From the NCBI GenBank assembly GCA_047947115.1, contig CP170459.1, positions 4,000,001 through 4,064,000 of the forward strand: a DNA stretch of 64,000 bases. The letters run 5' to 3'. Of the stretch, positions 11,989 through 25,164 are shown in pieces. Under the pieces are notes generated by a model. It was not told where the DNA came from. It worked only from the letters and a program-made list of their open reading frames with translations, and searched no databases. Numbering within the stretch: the first letter of the stretch is position 1; every line of letters starts with the position of its first letter. The position numbers and the translations under genes are program-made. This stretch comes from Verrucomicrobiota bacterium. Lineage in GTDB: Bacteria > Verrucomicrobiota > Verrucomicrobiia > Limisphaerales > AAA164-E04.

Positions 11989-14609
11989 TATTACCTCCCA
12001 TCATTCACCAAACACACATGAGCCCCGTTCGATGGTCCATCTGCTTGATCCTGCTTCTTGTATGGGGGAGTTCATTTTCACATGCGGATAACCTGACATG
12101 GACGGACGAAATGACTGATTTCCTTGGGGATCATTGTTTCGAATGCCACGATGGTGAATTGGCAAAGGGCGGTTTGAATTTGGAGCCTCTCTCATTTTCC
12201 CTTTCTGACCGCGATTTGTTTGATCAATGGGTATTGATCCATGACCGGATTCAAAAAGGTGAAATGCCCCCGGCCAAACGTGATCGCCCGGAACCGGAGC
12301 TCAAGAACGACTTTGTCACCGCCCTATCCGATTCATTGATTGAACAAGATCAAGCCAACATCCGTGAACGCGGACGCACGTCCATTCGAAGGTTGAATCG
12401 TTATGAATATGAAAACAGCCTGCGGGAAGGATTGAAAGCTCCATGGTTACAAGTCGCAACCAAGCTACCCGAAGACGGAGTGGCCCATTTGTTCAACAAA
12501 ACCGGAGAAAGACTTGATGTATCGCACGTACAGATGACCAAATACCTGGAGACAGCTTTGGAAGCTCTTCGGACCTGTCTGCAAACGGTGGCTTACCCAA
12601 CATCCAAAAACAAGTTTTATGCGAGAGAAGAACCCGTCATGCAGAATTACCTGAAATACAGGTTCGGACAAATGGCCGCCACCCGTTCAAGCATTCCCCT
12701 GATTGGAACCACTCCGCAACCCGATATTATCCGCGGCATCGCTCCGGTGACGGTTGGTGAAAGTGATCCGGAAATCAGGGAACAAGAAGCGATGGGATTT
12801 GTCTCCGGCACCTACTCGGCCACCACGAAATACGATTTCACCCGCATGCAGATACCTGTGGACGGACGATACCGGTTGAGGCTGAAAAGTTACAGTTTCA
12901 TGGCAGGCCCCAATGGAGCCAGCGGCGGCAATGATCATGGATTGACCGGAGGCAACCGCGCATGGTGGCGCCCCAGCCGTACCTATGCCTTTCCTGGGTT
13001 TCGACCCGAACCCGTCACCTTGTATGCCCTGTCCAGCGGAGGCGACAGCAGATGGTTGACTACCTATGATGCGATGCCGGAACCTTCGATCTTCGAATGT
13101 GAGGTCGACCTGAAAAAGGACGAAACATTACGGCCCGACGCCGCGCGTCTGGTGCGAACACGCCCAGGATGGAAAGGCAACCCCAACGCCACCCGGGAAG
13201 GTATCCCTGGATTTGCACTGAACTGGCTCGAAGTGGAAGGTCCTTTGCATGATTCCTGGCCACCGCCTTGTTATGATGTTCTTTTTGCGGATCTCCCTTT
13301 CGAGATACATGCCGAAGACCAGGTTCAGGTGACACCTGGCAATGAGGAAAAAGATGCACATCGTTTGTTGAGGCGATTTGTTGGACGCATGCTCAGGCGA
13401 GTTGAATCAGAATCCATTGAAATCACACCTTACCTGAATGTTTTCCATCAAGCACGTGCATTGGGAGATTCGTTTACGGATGGCATGCTGGCTGCATACG
13501 CCAGCCTCCTTTGTTCTACCGACTTTCTATATCTGAAGAAAGAGACTACCCCCGAAACACTCGCTTCCAGACTGGCCTTTTTCCTATGGAACGGCCCTCC
13601 TGACGAAGCCTTGCTCACCCAGAGCGAACTGCAACAACCCGACACTTTGAAAAAGGAAACAGAAAGATTGCTGGGCGATAAAAGATCACAGCGCTTTGTG
13701 AACGCCTTTCTGGATTACTGGCTGGATTTGCGTGACATCCTCGCCAACTCTCCGGACGCACAACTTTATCCAGATTACTATTTGGACGAAATGCTGACAG
13801 AATCTTCCGTGCTGGAGACACGCATGTTTTTCGAAGAACTCATTCAAAGCAACTTGCCTGCATCGAACTTGATTGACTCGGATTTCACTTTTGTTAACGA
13901 ACGTCTGGCACAACATTACGGAATCAAAAACGAACAAACCGTCGCTATCCACCGGGTCTCACTTCCGGCTGATTCACCAAGGGGTGGGCTCCTGACACAG
14001 GCCAGCATCCTGAGGATCACGGCCAACGGCACCACGACTTCGCCTGTCGTGCGGGGCGCTTGGATCGGGGAACGCATTCTGGGCATGGAAATCCCCACAC
14101 CCCCTTCGAATGTGGGAGCCGTCGAACCGGATACACGCGGAGCCACCACCATCCGGGAACAACTGGAACTTCACCGCAAACACGTTTCCTGCAATGCATG
14201 CCACCAACACTTCGATCCGGTCGGGCTGGTGCTTGAGATCTTTGATATCGCGGGAGGATATCGAACACGCTACCGAGGATCAGGCGACCTGGGCGATCCG
14301 GTTGAGGGATTCGGAAAGAACGGTCATGCCTTCAATTTTCGTTTGGCAAAGCCGGTGGAATGTGGTGGTGAAATGGCGGATGGAACCCCCTTTGCCGATA
14401 TTGAAAGTATGAAACAAATACTGCTCCGAGATCAGCGACAAATCGCACGCAATTTGCTGCAACGCTTCATCGTTTTTGCCACCGGATCTCCCATTTCATT
14501 CAGTGAACGAACCATCCTGGAAACCATGCTCGATGCATGTAAACACTTAAACTACGGAGTCCGGGACCTGATCCACGCAACGGTGCAAAGTTCACTCTTT
14601 ACCCGATAA
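11985..14609 (+). CDS. DUF1592/DUF1588/DUF1587 (PSD-domain) cytochrome-like protein
   Basis: N-terminal CFECH and [54 protein letters not shown]. Confidence 0.88.
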   Translation: MILPPIIHQTHMSPVRWSICLILLLVWGSSFSHADNLTWTDEMTDFLGDHCFECHDGELAKGGLNLEPLSFSLSDRDLFDQWVLIHDRIQKGEMPPAKRDRPEPELKNDFVTALSDSLIEQDQANIRERGRTSIRRLNRYEYENSLREGLKAPWLQVATKLPEDGVAHLFNKTGERLDVSHVQMTKYLETALEALRTCLQTVAYPTSKNKFYAREEPVMQNYLKYRFGQMAATRSSIPLIGTTPQPDIIRGIAPVTVGESDPEIREQEAMGFVSGTYSATTKYDFTRMQIPVDGRYRLRLKSYSFMAGPNGASGGNDHGLTGGNRAWWRPSRTYAFPGFRPEPVTLYALSSGGDSRWLTTYDAMPEPSIFECEVDLKKDETLRPDAARLVRTRPGWKGNPNATREGIPGFALNWLEVEGPLHDSWPPPCYDVLFADLPFEIHAEDQVQVTPGNEEKDAHRLLRRFVGRMLRRVESESIEITPYLNVFHQARALGDSFTDGMLAAYASLLCSTDFLYLKKETTPETLASRLAFFLWNGPPDEALLTQSELQQPDTLKKETERLLGDKRSQRFVNAFLDYWLDLRDILANSPDAQLYPDYYLDEMLTESSVLETRMFFEELIQSNLPASNLIDSDFTFVNERLAQHYGIKNEQTVAIHRVSLPADSPRGGLLTQASILRITANGTTTSPVVRGAWIGERILGMEIPTPPSNVGAVEPDTRGATTIREQLELHRKHVSCNACHQHFDPVGLVLEIFDIAGGYRTRYRGSGDLGDPVEGFGKNGHAFNFRLAKPVECGGEMADGTPFADIESMKQILLRDQRQIARNLLQRFIVFATGSPISFSERTILETMLDACKHLNYGVRDLIHATVQSSLFTR

Positions 14610-14855
14610 ACGCTTGGTATAGCCAAAGCGCACTCTGGACTGCGTGCTCCGATGCATCGGAACCGCTCTGGATACCTCAGGGCAACGTTTGTATAATCAA
14701 TTCGAATGGAAAATCCCCCGTCCTATTTTGGTAAACCCAAGTTGCAGTCTCCATCAACCAGCATTTGAAGCCACATTGTGCATTCGAAGCGTATCCAGAG
14801 CGGTGATGCTCACCGCACTCCAGATTGGCCTCAACTCAAAGTCGCGGTATTGGGA

Positions 14856-15635
14856 TTATGCAAACTGCGACATTTGGTCAATGTCTGTGAAGATTTCTGT
14901 TGAAACACGTCCTTGAATAACGAGTGAGAGAGGGTGATGCCCCTTGCATTTCAACGAATCCAGCAAGGCCTTTTCCTTGCCTTTCCCGCTGATCACCACC
15001 CAGACATGACGCGCGGCGTGCAGGATGGGATAAGAGAGTGTCAGGCGTTGAGGCGGTGGTTTAGAAGCAATGACGCTGAAGGTGTGTTCGGTTCTTTTGG
15101 CGTCCTCTTCCATGTTTTCGGGGAACAGGGAAGCCACATGCCCATCTTCCCCCATCCCAAGTATCACCAAATCAAAAACCGGGATGTTTGATTCATTTGA
15201 CGGAAGGTTTTCTTCAAGTTGTGCCGACATCCATTTGGCGGCGTGTTCCGGATCGGATTCGCCCTGGAATCGAAACATTTGGGATTCGGGGAACCGGGTG
15301 GTCTGGACGAAATGGTTCTGAAACATCAGGTAATTACTATCATCAGAATCAGGTGGGACGCACCGTTCGTCGGCCCAATACACGTTCAAACGATTCAACA
15401 AAACAGGTGACTTCTGGAACAAACATGCCGCTTCCTCAAGAAACGGCACGGCAATACGGCCTCCGGACACAGCGACATGAAACGCAGGATCGTCCGATGT
15501 TTCCCCCACAACCTTCACCCACTCCCTCGCGGCCGCCGAAGCCAGGTCATCCGGCGAATCAAAACATTGTAGATGATAATGTCCGGTTTTATTCATACCT
15601 TCCCCCATCATGAACCAATCTTGAGGTAAAGTCAC
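14856..15635 (-). CDS. pgl: 6-phosphogluconolactonase
   Basis: VAVSGG, WADERCVPPDSDDSN, LGMGEDGHVASLFP, KPPPQRLTLS; directly downstream of zwf. Confidence 0.92.
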   Translation of the reverse strand: MTLPQDWFMMGEGMNKTGHYHLQCFDSPDDLASAAAREWVKVVGETSDDPAFHVAVSGGRIAVPFLEEAACLFQKSPVLLNRLNVYWADERCVPPDSDDSNYLMFQNHFVQTTRFPESQMFRFQGESDPEHAAKWMSAQLEENLPSNESNIPVFDLVILGMGEDGHVASLFPENMEEDAKRTEHTFSVIASKPPPQRLTLSYPILHAARHVWVVISGKGKEKALLDSLKCKGHHPLSLVIQGRVSTEIFTDIDQMSQFA

Positions 15636-17203
15636 TTTTGAATCTTGGGATGACGCCAGGCGTGACCGGATCTCCCGAGGAGTTCATCAGCCGCTTCCGG
15701 CCCCCAGGTCCCCGCCGAATAGAATTCCCTGTTGCTCAGAGGTTTCCCTTTCCAGGCATTTCGAATGGAATCCACCACTTTCCAGGCTGCTTCCACCTCA
15801 TCACGCCGGATAAACAAGGTCGCATCCCCTGCAACAGCTTCCAATAAAAGCCGTTCGTAGGCTTCCGGTGTATAAGCGCCGAATTCTGTGTCGTAACTGA
15901 ACTGCATGCGCACAGGCCGCAGATCCGAACTGTTTCCCGGAATCTTTCCATTGAAATGCAGGCTGATGCCTTCATTAGGCTGCAATCTCAATGTGAGCGC
16001 ATTGGAATCCAAATTATTGTGACACTGTGCGGCAAAAAGAACATTGGGAACCGGACGAAATTGGACCCGCACCTCACTGGCGCTTAATGGAAGGTTCTTG
16101 CCGGTTCGCAAATAAAACGGCACGCCCGACCAACGCCAGTTCTCAATGAACAATTTCATGGCGACATACGTTTCTACATCCGAAGTGGGGTTCACCTTTT
16201 CCTCCTGGCGATAAGCGGGCCGCATGTCTCCATCCACCACCCCGGCGAAATACTGGCCGCGCACGACACGACGCGCCACATCCTCTTCGCTCATCGGACG
16301 TATGCTCTGCAGCAACTTGACCTTTTCATCGCGTATCGCCTCGTCGTCCAGTGACACCGGAGGTTCCATGGCAATGAGTGACAATACCTGCAGAAGGTGG
16401 TTCTGCACCATGTCCCTCAAAGCACCCGCCTCCTCGTAGTAACCCCCACGTGAACCGACTCCAAGTTTCTCACTGACGGTGATTTGGATATGATCAATCG
16501 AACGCCGGGTCCAAAGCTCTTCGAAAATGGCATTGGAAAACCGGAATACCATGATGTTTTGGACCGTCTCTTTTCCAAGGTAATGGTCGATGCGGTAAAT
16601 CTGACGTTCGTGTGCATATTGAATCAAACTGTCATTCAGTTTTTGTGCCGATACGCCATCATGTCCAAACGGCTTCTCAACCACCACACGCTGCCAATGT
16701 GCTCCATCTTCCGCCTTGCGGAGAAGACCCGAGGCACTTAACTGTGCCACGGCTTCCGAAAATTGACTGGGAGATACAGCCAGATAAAACAGCAGATTAT
16801 TGGCGAGTTGTTCATTGCCCCCCTCCTGAACACGTTCCTTCAAAGATTCATAGGATGTGTTGTCACCGAGATCGCCACGATGATAGAACACACGGGACGC
16901 AAACTCCGCCCACACTTCCTGATCCACCGGCTTGGTGCGCGAAAAACGCTCCAAAGCATCATGAAGTTCCTCACGCCAGGAATCATCCGTTTTATCGCGC
17001 CGGGCAAATCCGATAATACGAAACGGATCCGGAAGCTGTTTCTCTTTGAACAAATGATAGAGAGCGGGGATCAATTTGCGTGAAGTCAGATCCCCACTGG
17101 CGCCAAAAATGACAATGGTGCACGGTTGCACCTGTCGACGTCCTCCGCCGAGGCGGCACGTCAACAATTCATCCAAAGAATCGGTTGTGTCGGTCATACT
17201 CAT
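15632..17203 (-). CDS. zwf: Glucose-6-phosphate 1-dehydrogenase
   Basis: IFGASGDL, VVEKPFG, YRIDHYLGKETVQN, RDMVQNHLLQ, WRWSGVPFYLRTGK. Start placed at ATG 17203 (or 17197), not the ORF-track 17926. Confidence 0.95.
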   Translation of the reverse strand: MSMTDTTDSLDELLTCRLGGGRRQVQPCTIVIFGASGDLTSRKLIPALYHLFKEKQLPDPFRIIGFARRDKTDDSWREELHDALERFSRTKPVDQEVWAEFASRVFYHRGDLGDNTSYESLKERVQEGGNEQLANNLLFYLAVSPSQFSEAVAQLSASGLLRKAEDGAHWQRVVVEKPFGHDGVSAQKLNDSLIQYAHERQIYRIDHYLGKETVQNIMVFRFSNAIFEELWTRRSIDHIQITVSEKLGVGSRGGYYEEAGALRDMVQNHLLQVLSLIAMEPPVSLDDEAIRDEKVKLLQSIRPMSEEDVARRVVRGQYFAGVVDGDMRPAYRQEEKVNPTSDVETYVAMKLFIENWRWSGVPFYLRTGKNLPLSASEVRVQFRPVPNVLFAAQCHNNLDSNALTLRLQPNEGISLHFNGKIPGNSSDLRPVRMQFSYDTEFGAYTPEAYERLLLEAVAGDATLFIRRDEVEAAWKVVDSIRNAWKGKPLSNREFYSAGTWGPEAADELLGRSGHAWRHPKIQK

Positions 17204-17449
17204 TTCTCTCAGGAACAGATAAAGCCAAAACAAACAAACACCAGCGAAAAGTTTTGAAAGCACGATACGTAAAAATGAATGGATCCATTGCAGGTTACTG
17301 AAAAACCCAACCAGGAATTGCGAATCATAAAAACAGTGTGCTGAATCTTCATATCCGTAATGACAGATCGTTTCCTGCCATACAACAGACACATTGCCAC
17401 TTGTGCATGAATCCATTGACACTTCCCAACTTTTGACCATCCTGTAGAC

Positions 17450-19474
17450 ATGGGTACGGAATTGAATGATCCATATTTGTGGCTGGAGGAAGTGGAGGCG
17501 GTGAAGGCTTTGGATTGGGCGAAATCGCTGAATCAGGAGTGCGCGGATGAATTGACCGCCGCGTCCGGGTTTGAAACTCTGGAATCCAGGTTGCTGGCGG
17601 CTCTGGATTCGGATGAACGCATCCCAGGTGTTACTCTTTACGGAAGTCATCTGTATAACTTCTGGCGGGATAAACGAAACTCCAAGGGGATATGGCGTCG
17701 TACTTCGTTGGATTCCTATCAGAATGAAAAGCCGGTATGGGAGACGGTGCTGGATCTGGATCGCCTTGCTGAAAAAGAAAACGAAAATTGGGTCTGGAAA
17801 GGAGCCACCATGCGGCGGCCGGATTTCAAACGCTGCCTTCTTCGTCTTTCCCGGGGGGGAGCTGACGCCACCGTGGTGCGCGAGTTCGATGTGGAGAGGC
17901 AATCTTTCGTTGAGGACGGGTTTCAACTACCCGAGGCGAAATCCCGCGTGTCGTGGATCGATGAGGATACGCTATTTGTCGGGACCGATTTTGGACTCAA
18001 TTCGATGACCGATTCCGGATATCCACGTCTTGTAAAAACCTGGAAACGCGGCACCCCGCTTGAAAGCGCCAAATTGATATTCGTTGGCAAAAAGGAAGAT
18101 GTTTCGGTGGGTGCCTCGGTTGCTCATGATCACGGGCATCGTCATGAGGTGATTTATCGGGGAGATACTTTCTGGACCAGCGAAGCCTTTATCCGGGTCG
18201 ATCAGGATTGGGTTAAAATCGACAAACCAGCCGGAGCCGAAATCAGTTTTTTCCATAACCACCTTCTCCTGACCTTGAGGAAGGATTGGGAAGTGGACGG
18301 TCATAACTACAAGGCGGGTTCCCTGGTCGCCCGGGAACTGCCCGCATTTCTTTCAGGCAAGCGCGACCTCAGTGTCTTGTTCGAGCCAAGTGAACGCACG
18401 TCCCTGGATGGTTTCTCTTCCACGCAACATTCGCTCCTTGTCAATGTGCTCGACAACGTAAGAAACCGGCTAGTTCGCGTGCAAAAGAAGAACGGACAGT
18501 GGATCAAGGAAAACCTGGCCACACCGGGACTCGGTACTGTCAATGCTTGGGGCTTGGATCCGGAACATTCGGATGCCTATTGGTTGTCGGTCACGGATTT
18601 TCTCACGCCGGCCAGCCTATATCTGGGCGACCTGAACTCCGGCAAGCAGGACCAGCTCAAGTCGGAACCCGGTTTCTTTGAGACTGAGGGTTTGCGCATT
18701 CAGCAGCGTGAAGCCACTTCGAAGGATGGCACCAAGGTCCCCTACTTCCTCGTGGCAAAGTCCGAGCTGACTCTAAATGGCGAGAACCCGACCCTTCTCT
18801 ATGGATACGGAGGCTTCGAAATATCGATGCTTTCCAGTTACCGCGCTCTCACCGGCATTGGCTGGCTCGAGCAAGGTGGCGTATATGTGTTAGCCAATAT
18901 TCGTGGCGGAGGTGAGTTTGGTCCGCGCTGGCATCAAGCGGCGCTCAAGGAAAACCGGCAGCTTGCCTATGACGATTTCATCGCCATTGCAGAGGATCTG
19001 ATAGAGCGAAAAATCACCTCTCCGCAGCATCTCGGCATCCGGGGAGGTTCCAACGGCGGGCTTCTCATGGGGAACATGCTGGTTCAGCGGCCTGATTTGT
19101 TTAAGGCCATTGTCTGTCAGGTTCCGCTTCTGGATATGTATCGTTACAACAAATTGCTGGCCGGCGCCAGTTGGATGGGTGAGTATGGTAATCCGGATAT
19201 TCCGGAAGAATGGGCCTATTTGCAAAAATATTCCCCCTATCAACGAGTGAAGCCCGGCGTGAAATATCCCCGCACCTTGTTCACCACATCGACACGTGAC
19301 GACCGGGTACATCCGGGGCATGCCCGCAAGATGGTGGCCAAGATGAAAGATCAGGGGCACGACGTGTTGTATTACGAAAACATCGAGGGCGGACACGGCG
19401 GAGCATCAGATAACCCTCAAAGAGCTTTTGTAGAAGCACTTATTCATACTTTCCTGTGGAATGAATTGAAGTAA
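17450..19474 (+). CDS. Prolyl oligopeptidase (S9A)
   Basis: DPYLWLE start, TSKDGTKVPYF, YGYGGF, ANIRGGGEFG, GGSNGGLL nucleophile elbow, DDRVHPGHARK, GGH; no signal peptide. Confidence 0.95.
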   Translation: MGTELNDPYLWLEEVEAVKALDWAKSLNQECADELTAASGFETLESRLLAALDSDERIPGVTLYGSHLYNFWRDKRNSKGIWRRTSLDSYQNEKPVWETVLDLDRLAEKENENWVWKGATMRRPDFKRCLLRLSRGGADATVVREFDVERQSFVEDGFQLPEAKSRVSWIDEDTLFVGTDFGLNSMTDSGYPRLVKTWKRGTPLESAKLIFVGKKEDVSVGASVAHDHGHRHEVIYRGDTFWTSEAFIRVDQDWVKIDKPAGAEISFFHNHLLLTLRKDWEVDGHNYKAGSLVARELPAFLSGKRDLSVLFEPSERTSLDGFSSTQHSLLVNVLDNVRNRLVRVQKKNGQWIKENLATPGLGTVNAWGLDPEHSDAYWLSVTDFLTPASLYLGDLNSGKQDQLKSEPGFFETEGLRIQQREATSKDGTKVPYFLVAKSELTLNGENPTLLYGYGGFEISMLSSYRALTGIGWLEQGGVYVLANIRGGGEFGPRWHQAALKENRQLAYDDFIAIAEDLIERKITSPQHLGIRGGSNGGLLMGNMLVQRPDLFKAIVCQVPLLDMYRYNKLLAGASWMGEYGNPDIPEEWAYLQKYSPYQRVKPGVKYPRTLFTTSTRDDRVHPGHARKMVAKMKDQGHDVLYYENIEGGHGGASDNPQRAFVEALIHTFLWNELK

Positions 19475-19629
19475 CCCAATCATGGAGGGGAAAATTCCGG
19501 TTTACCCCACTCAGACATGAGGCATCCGAACTGTTTTCAAGCTGCGGTGGAAGCGGTGGAGGGATCCGAATACACCAGGCTTCCCGCGTTCCATGTTTTT
19601 TGCTGAAGGAAGATCTGAGGAGGAAGTAT

Positions 19630-19654
19630 GGGACGAGGTGGAACTCGTCCCTCC
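19630..19654 (-). repeat. REP-like palindrome GGAGGGACGAGTTCCACCTCGTCCC
   Basis: GGAG tetranucleotide followed by an 8-bp stem (GGGACGAG/CTCGTCCC) in the convergent intergenic region. Confidence 0.45.
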
Positions 19655-19663
19655 GGTTGAATG

Positions 19664-19699
19664 AAAAAAAAGGCGCGGACTGTTGGATCCGCGCCTTTT
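19664..19699 (-). terminator. Intrinsic terminator downstream of eno (possibly bidirectional)
   Basis: Stem AAAAGGCGCGGA/TCCGCGCCTTTT with an A8 run on the left (U-tail on minus strand) and a T-run on the right. Confidence 0.8.
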
Positions 19700-19726
19700 G
19701 TTTGTGAGATTGTTTGATGCAATCAA

Positions 19727-22077
<2,351 letters not shown>

Positions 22078-22593
22078 AGTTTCGATAACAAAAGAACAGT
22101 TTATGGCCGAACCGCAAGCCATTGTCAAACAGAGCATTTTTCAACTACCTTGCTCTCCGATATGGAAGTTGCATCCAGCAAATTGGATTTATACTGATCG
22201 CCAAAAGTATTCGCGCATAAGGGCTCGCTGATGCTTCTTATTCTCACGCCCGCTGCGCTAGAGACGCAGTGACTCAGAGTTTTTTCTGAAATTACTTTTG
22301 GCAAACGTGATACAACGCAGAGATCCACCTGGAACGCAGAGCTGAAACATTCGCCATTCATTCGGGCATTCTAACCCGGATATGAATTGAACTGATGGAA
22401 AAACCATTTCTTGCCTGGTTCAAATAGCCTGTTCATTCCCGGCTGGGAACCCCATTTTTGTTGCAAGTGAAGGGTCCTTGTGATCAATAGGAAACAGGTC
22501 GTTACTTTTTATCCACACATCGCCCCAAGGAAAGAGGCTTCGGAAAATAGGTTAACACTTATCTACCAACCAGTTCATAGCCGGAATATTTTT

Positions 22594-22609
22594 TGGCAAG
22601 TAAAATGCT
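22594..22609 (+). promoter_or_regulatory. sigma54 (-24/-12) promoter
   Basis: TGGCAAGTAAAATGCT: GG (22595-6) and GC (22607-8) separated by exactly 10 nt, about 47 nt before the ATG at 22656, in a ~580-bp intergenic region. Confidence 0.65.
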
Positions 22610-22655
22610 AAATGTTGTTTATTGCTAGAGACAGACAGAATTCAGCAGAAACAAC

Positions 22656-24101
22656 ATGCATTTAGAAGATTACGAAACGGGCGAGTATTACGACGAATTA
22701 TTCGCCAAACCTGGCGAAGCCAGACCAGCAGCGAGACCGCTCATCGACCACCTGAAACGCCTTCCCAACGAAGAACTTCTTCAAAGACAGCGTGCAGCGG
22801 AATTGTCCATGATGCGCATGGGCATTACCTTCAATGTTTACAGTGATAACCAGGGAGTGGAAAAAACTTTTCCCTTCGACCTGATACCCCGGATCATTCC
22901 CGGCAGCGAATGGAAACACATTGAAGAAGGTCTGAAACAACGCATTTATGCCCTGAATCTGTTCATCCACGACCTTTATCACGAACAGAAAATCCTGAAG
23001 TCAGGTATCGTTCCAGAGGATCTGCTGATGTCTTCCAAAGGATTCCGCCCCCAGTGTGTCGGCGTCAAACCTCCCAAGGACATTTGGATCCATATTACAG
23101 GCACGGATCTGGTTCGGCATTCGGACGGAGTGGTCTATGTGCTCGAAGATAATTTGCGATGCCCATCGGGAGTCAGTTATGTGCTCGAGAACCGGCACCT
23201 AATGAAGAACTTGTTCCCGGGCGTATTCGATACCGGAAAAATAAGATCGGTCGATTCCTACCCATTTCAACTGCGGGATGCTCTGGATTACTTGGTGCAA
23301 AAAACCTCGAACAACCCCAAATGTGTGGTCCTGACTCCGGGACCTTTCAACTCGGCTTACTTTGAGCACAGTTTTCTTGCCCAGCAGTTGGGTGCGGAGC
23401 TGGTTATTGGAGACGATCTGGTGGTTTTTGAGGACAAGGTCTGGATGCGCACCACCCAGGGTTTTGAGCGTGTGGATGTCATATACCGACGTATCGACGA
23501 TGATTTCCTGGATCCGGAAGCTTTTCGAGAAGATTCCATGTTGGGAGTTCCTGGATTGATGCGTGCTTACAAGGCAGGGAACATCGCCCTCGCGAACGCT
23601 CCCGGTTGCGGTGTGGCCGACGACAAAGTCATTTATGCCTACGTGCCGGAAATTATCAAGTATTATACCGGCGAAGAGGCCATCCTGCCCAATGTGCCGA
23701 CCTATGTTTGTTCTGATCCGCAGCAACTTAAGTATGTGTTGGAACACATGCCGGAACTGGTGGTCAAAGCTGCGAATGAGAGTGGAGGCTACGGGTTGAT
23801 AGTGGGTCCGGCCTCAACAAAGCAGGAAATCGCAGCTTTCGCGGAAAAGGTAAAGGCCAACCCTCGTAACTACATCGCCCAACCCACGTTGTCACTGTCA
23901 AGAGTGCCAACTATCTGTGACGGCAAACTTGAGGGGCGTCATGTGGATTTAAGACCCTATGTGCTATACGGAGAAAATATCCATGTGCTGCCGGGAGGAC
24001 TGACACGCGTCGCCCTTAAGAAGGGTTCCCTGGTGGTGAACTCTTCTCAAGGCGGTGGCAGCAAGGACACCTGGGTGATGGAGGATCAAGCAGTATGTTA
24101 A
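22656..24101 (+). CDS. Circularly permuted ATP-grasp type 2 protein (DUF404/DUF407)
   Basis: [102 protein letters not shown]. Confidence 0.95.
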   Translation: MHLEDYETGEYYDELFAKPGEARPAARPLIDHLKRLPNEELLQRQRAAELSMMRMGITFNVYSDNQGVEKTFPFDLIPRIIPGSEWKHIEEGLKQRIYALNLFIHDLYHEQKILKSGIVPEDLLMSSKGFRPQCVGVKPPKDIWIHITGTDLVRHSDGVVYVLEDNLRCPSGVSYVLENRHLMKNLFPGVFDTGKIRSVDSYPFQLRDALDYLVQKTSNNPKCVVLTPGPFNSAYFEHSFLAQQLGAELVIGDDLVVFEDKVWMRTTQGFERVDVIYRRIDDDFLDPEAFREDSMLGVPGLMRAYKAGNIALANAPGCGVADDKVIYAYVPEIIKYYTGEEAILPNVPTYVCSDPQQLKYVLEHMPELVVKAANESGGYGLIVGPASTKQEIAAFAEKVKANPRNYIAQPTLSLSRVPTICDGKLEGRHVDLRPYVLYGENIHVLPGGLTRVALKKGSLVVNSSQGGGSKDTWVMEDQAVC

Positions 24102-25129
24102 GTCGAGTTGCAGATTCCCTATATTGGATGAGCCGTTACATGGAGAGGGCCGACAATGTGGCCCGGTTCATCAGTGTCAACCTGCATCTCATGCTCGATT
24201 CCGATGTAGGAGAAGAACAACAGTGGCTCCCACTGATCCACACCTCGGGAGACCATGAAGCATTTTTCAAAAAGCACGATGTTGCGTCTCAGGTCAACGT
24301 GGTTCATTTTCTGGCCTTTGACGAATCCAACCCCAACTCCATTCTCTCATGCCTCCGCAGTGCCAGAGAAAATGCCCGCACAATCCGTGAAATCATCACC
24401 TCTTCCATGTGGCAACAGGTGAATGAATTTTATCTTTTCGTTCAAGAATCGGTTTCACGCAGGGAATCACTGGAATCCCTGAACCGTTTCTTTGTTCAAA
24501 TTCGCCGTGGAACAGCCACTTTCATGGGGTTAACGGATTCAACATTGACACGTGGCGATGCCTGGCATTTTTCGCATCTTGGCCGCATGTTGGAACGGGC
24601 CGATAAGACATCCAGAATTCTTGATGTCAAATACTTCATTCTCCTTAAATCGGTGTCGGAGGTGGGAGCTCCCATCGATGACATTCAGTGGGGGGCGGTA
24701 TTACGCTCAGCCAGCGCCTTCGAAATGTATCGAAAGCAATACGTGCGGGTGGTTCCCGTTCATGTGGTGGATTTCCTGCTGTTCGATCACGCATTTCCCA
24801 GATCTGTGCGTTATTGCCTGGCTTCCGCACGCAGTTCGCTGCACGCCATTTCCGGCACATCGGAACTGCAATGTCACAATATGGCGGAGCGCATACTGGG
24901 ATCGGTTTGTTCGGATCTGGTCTATTCCAAGGTTGATCATGTCATTGAATCCGGTCTGCATGAATACATTGACCACCTTCAGTCCAAAATGAATGAGGTG
25001 GGAAAAGAAGTGTTTGAAACCTTTTTCGCGCGCAAAATACCCCGTAACACCCAATCCAACGTTTTTCGCGCCAAGCATGGTTCACATGACGTTTTTATGG
25101 GAGGTGGTTCCCAAATCAATTTGCAATAA
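24095..25129 (+). CDS. Alpha-E domain protein (DUF403)
   Basis: [48 protein letters not shown]; overlaps the upstream stop. Confidence 0.93.
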   Translation: MLSRVADSLYWMSRYMERADNVARFISVNLHLMLDSDVGEEQQWLPLIHTSGDHEAFFKKHDVASQVNVVHFLAFDESNPNSILSCLRSARENARTIREIITSSMWQQVNEFYLFVQESVSRRESLESLNRFFVQIRRGTATFMGLTDSTLTRGDAWHFSHLGRMLERADKTSRILDVKYFILLKSVSEVGAPIDDIQWGAVLRSASAFEMYRKQYVRVVPVHVVDFLLFDHAFPRSVRYCLASARSSLHAISGTSELQCHNMAERILGSVCSDLVYSKVDHVIESGLHEYIDHLQSKMNEVGKEVFETFFARKIPRNTQSNVFRAKHGSHDVFMGGGSQINLQ

Positions 25130-25164
25130 CATCCACCGCTTTTTTACTTACAGATTTTCAATTT

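Noticed and set aside
17204..17926. Apparent 241-aa N-terminal extension of zwf in the ORF track
   Set aside because: It runs across the divergent intergenic region and antisense to the prolyl oligopeptidase; G6PD-like sequence begins only after Met at 17203/17197
22125..22361. 78-aa ORF as a precursor peptide for the ATP-grasp cluster
   Set aside because: Opposite strand to the cluster, overlaps the asd upstream region, no leader or repeated core pattern
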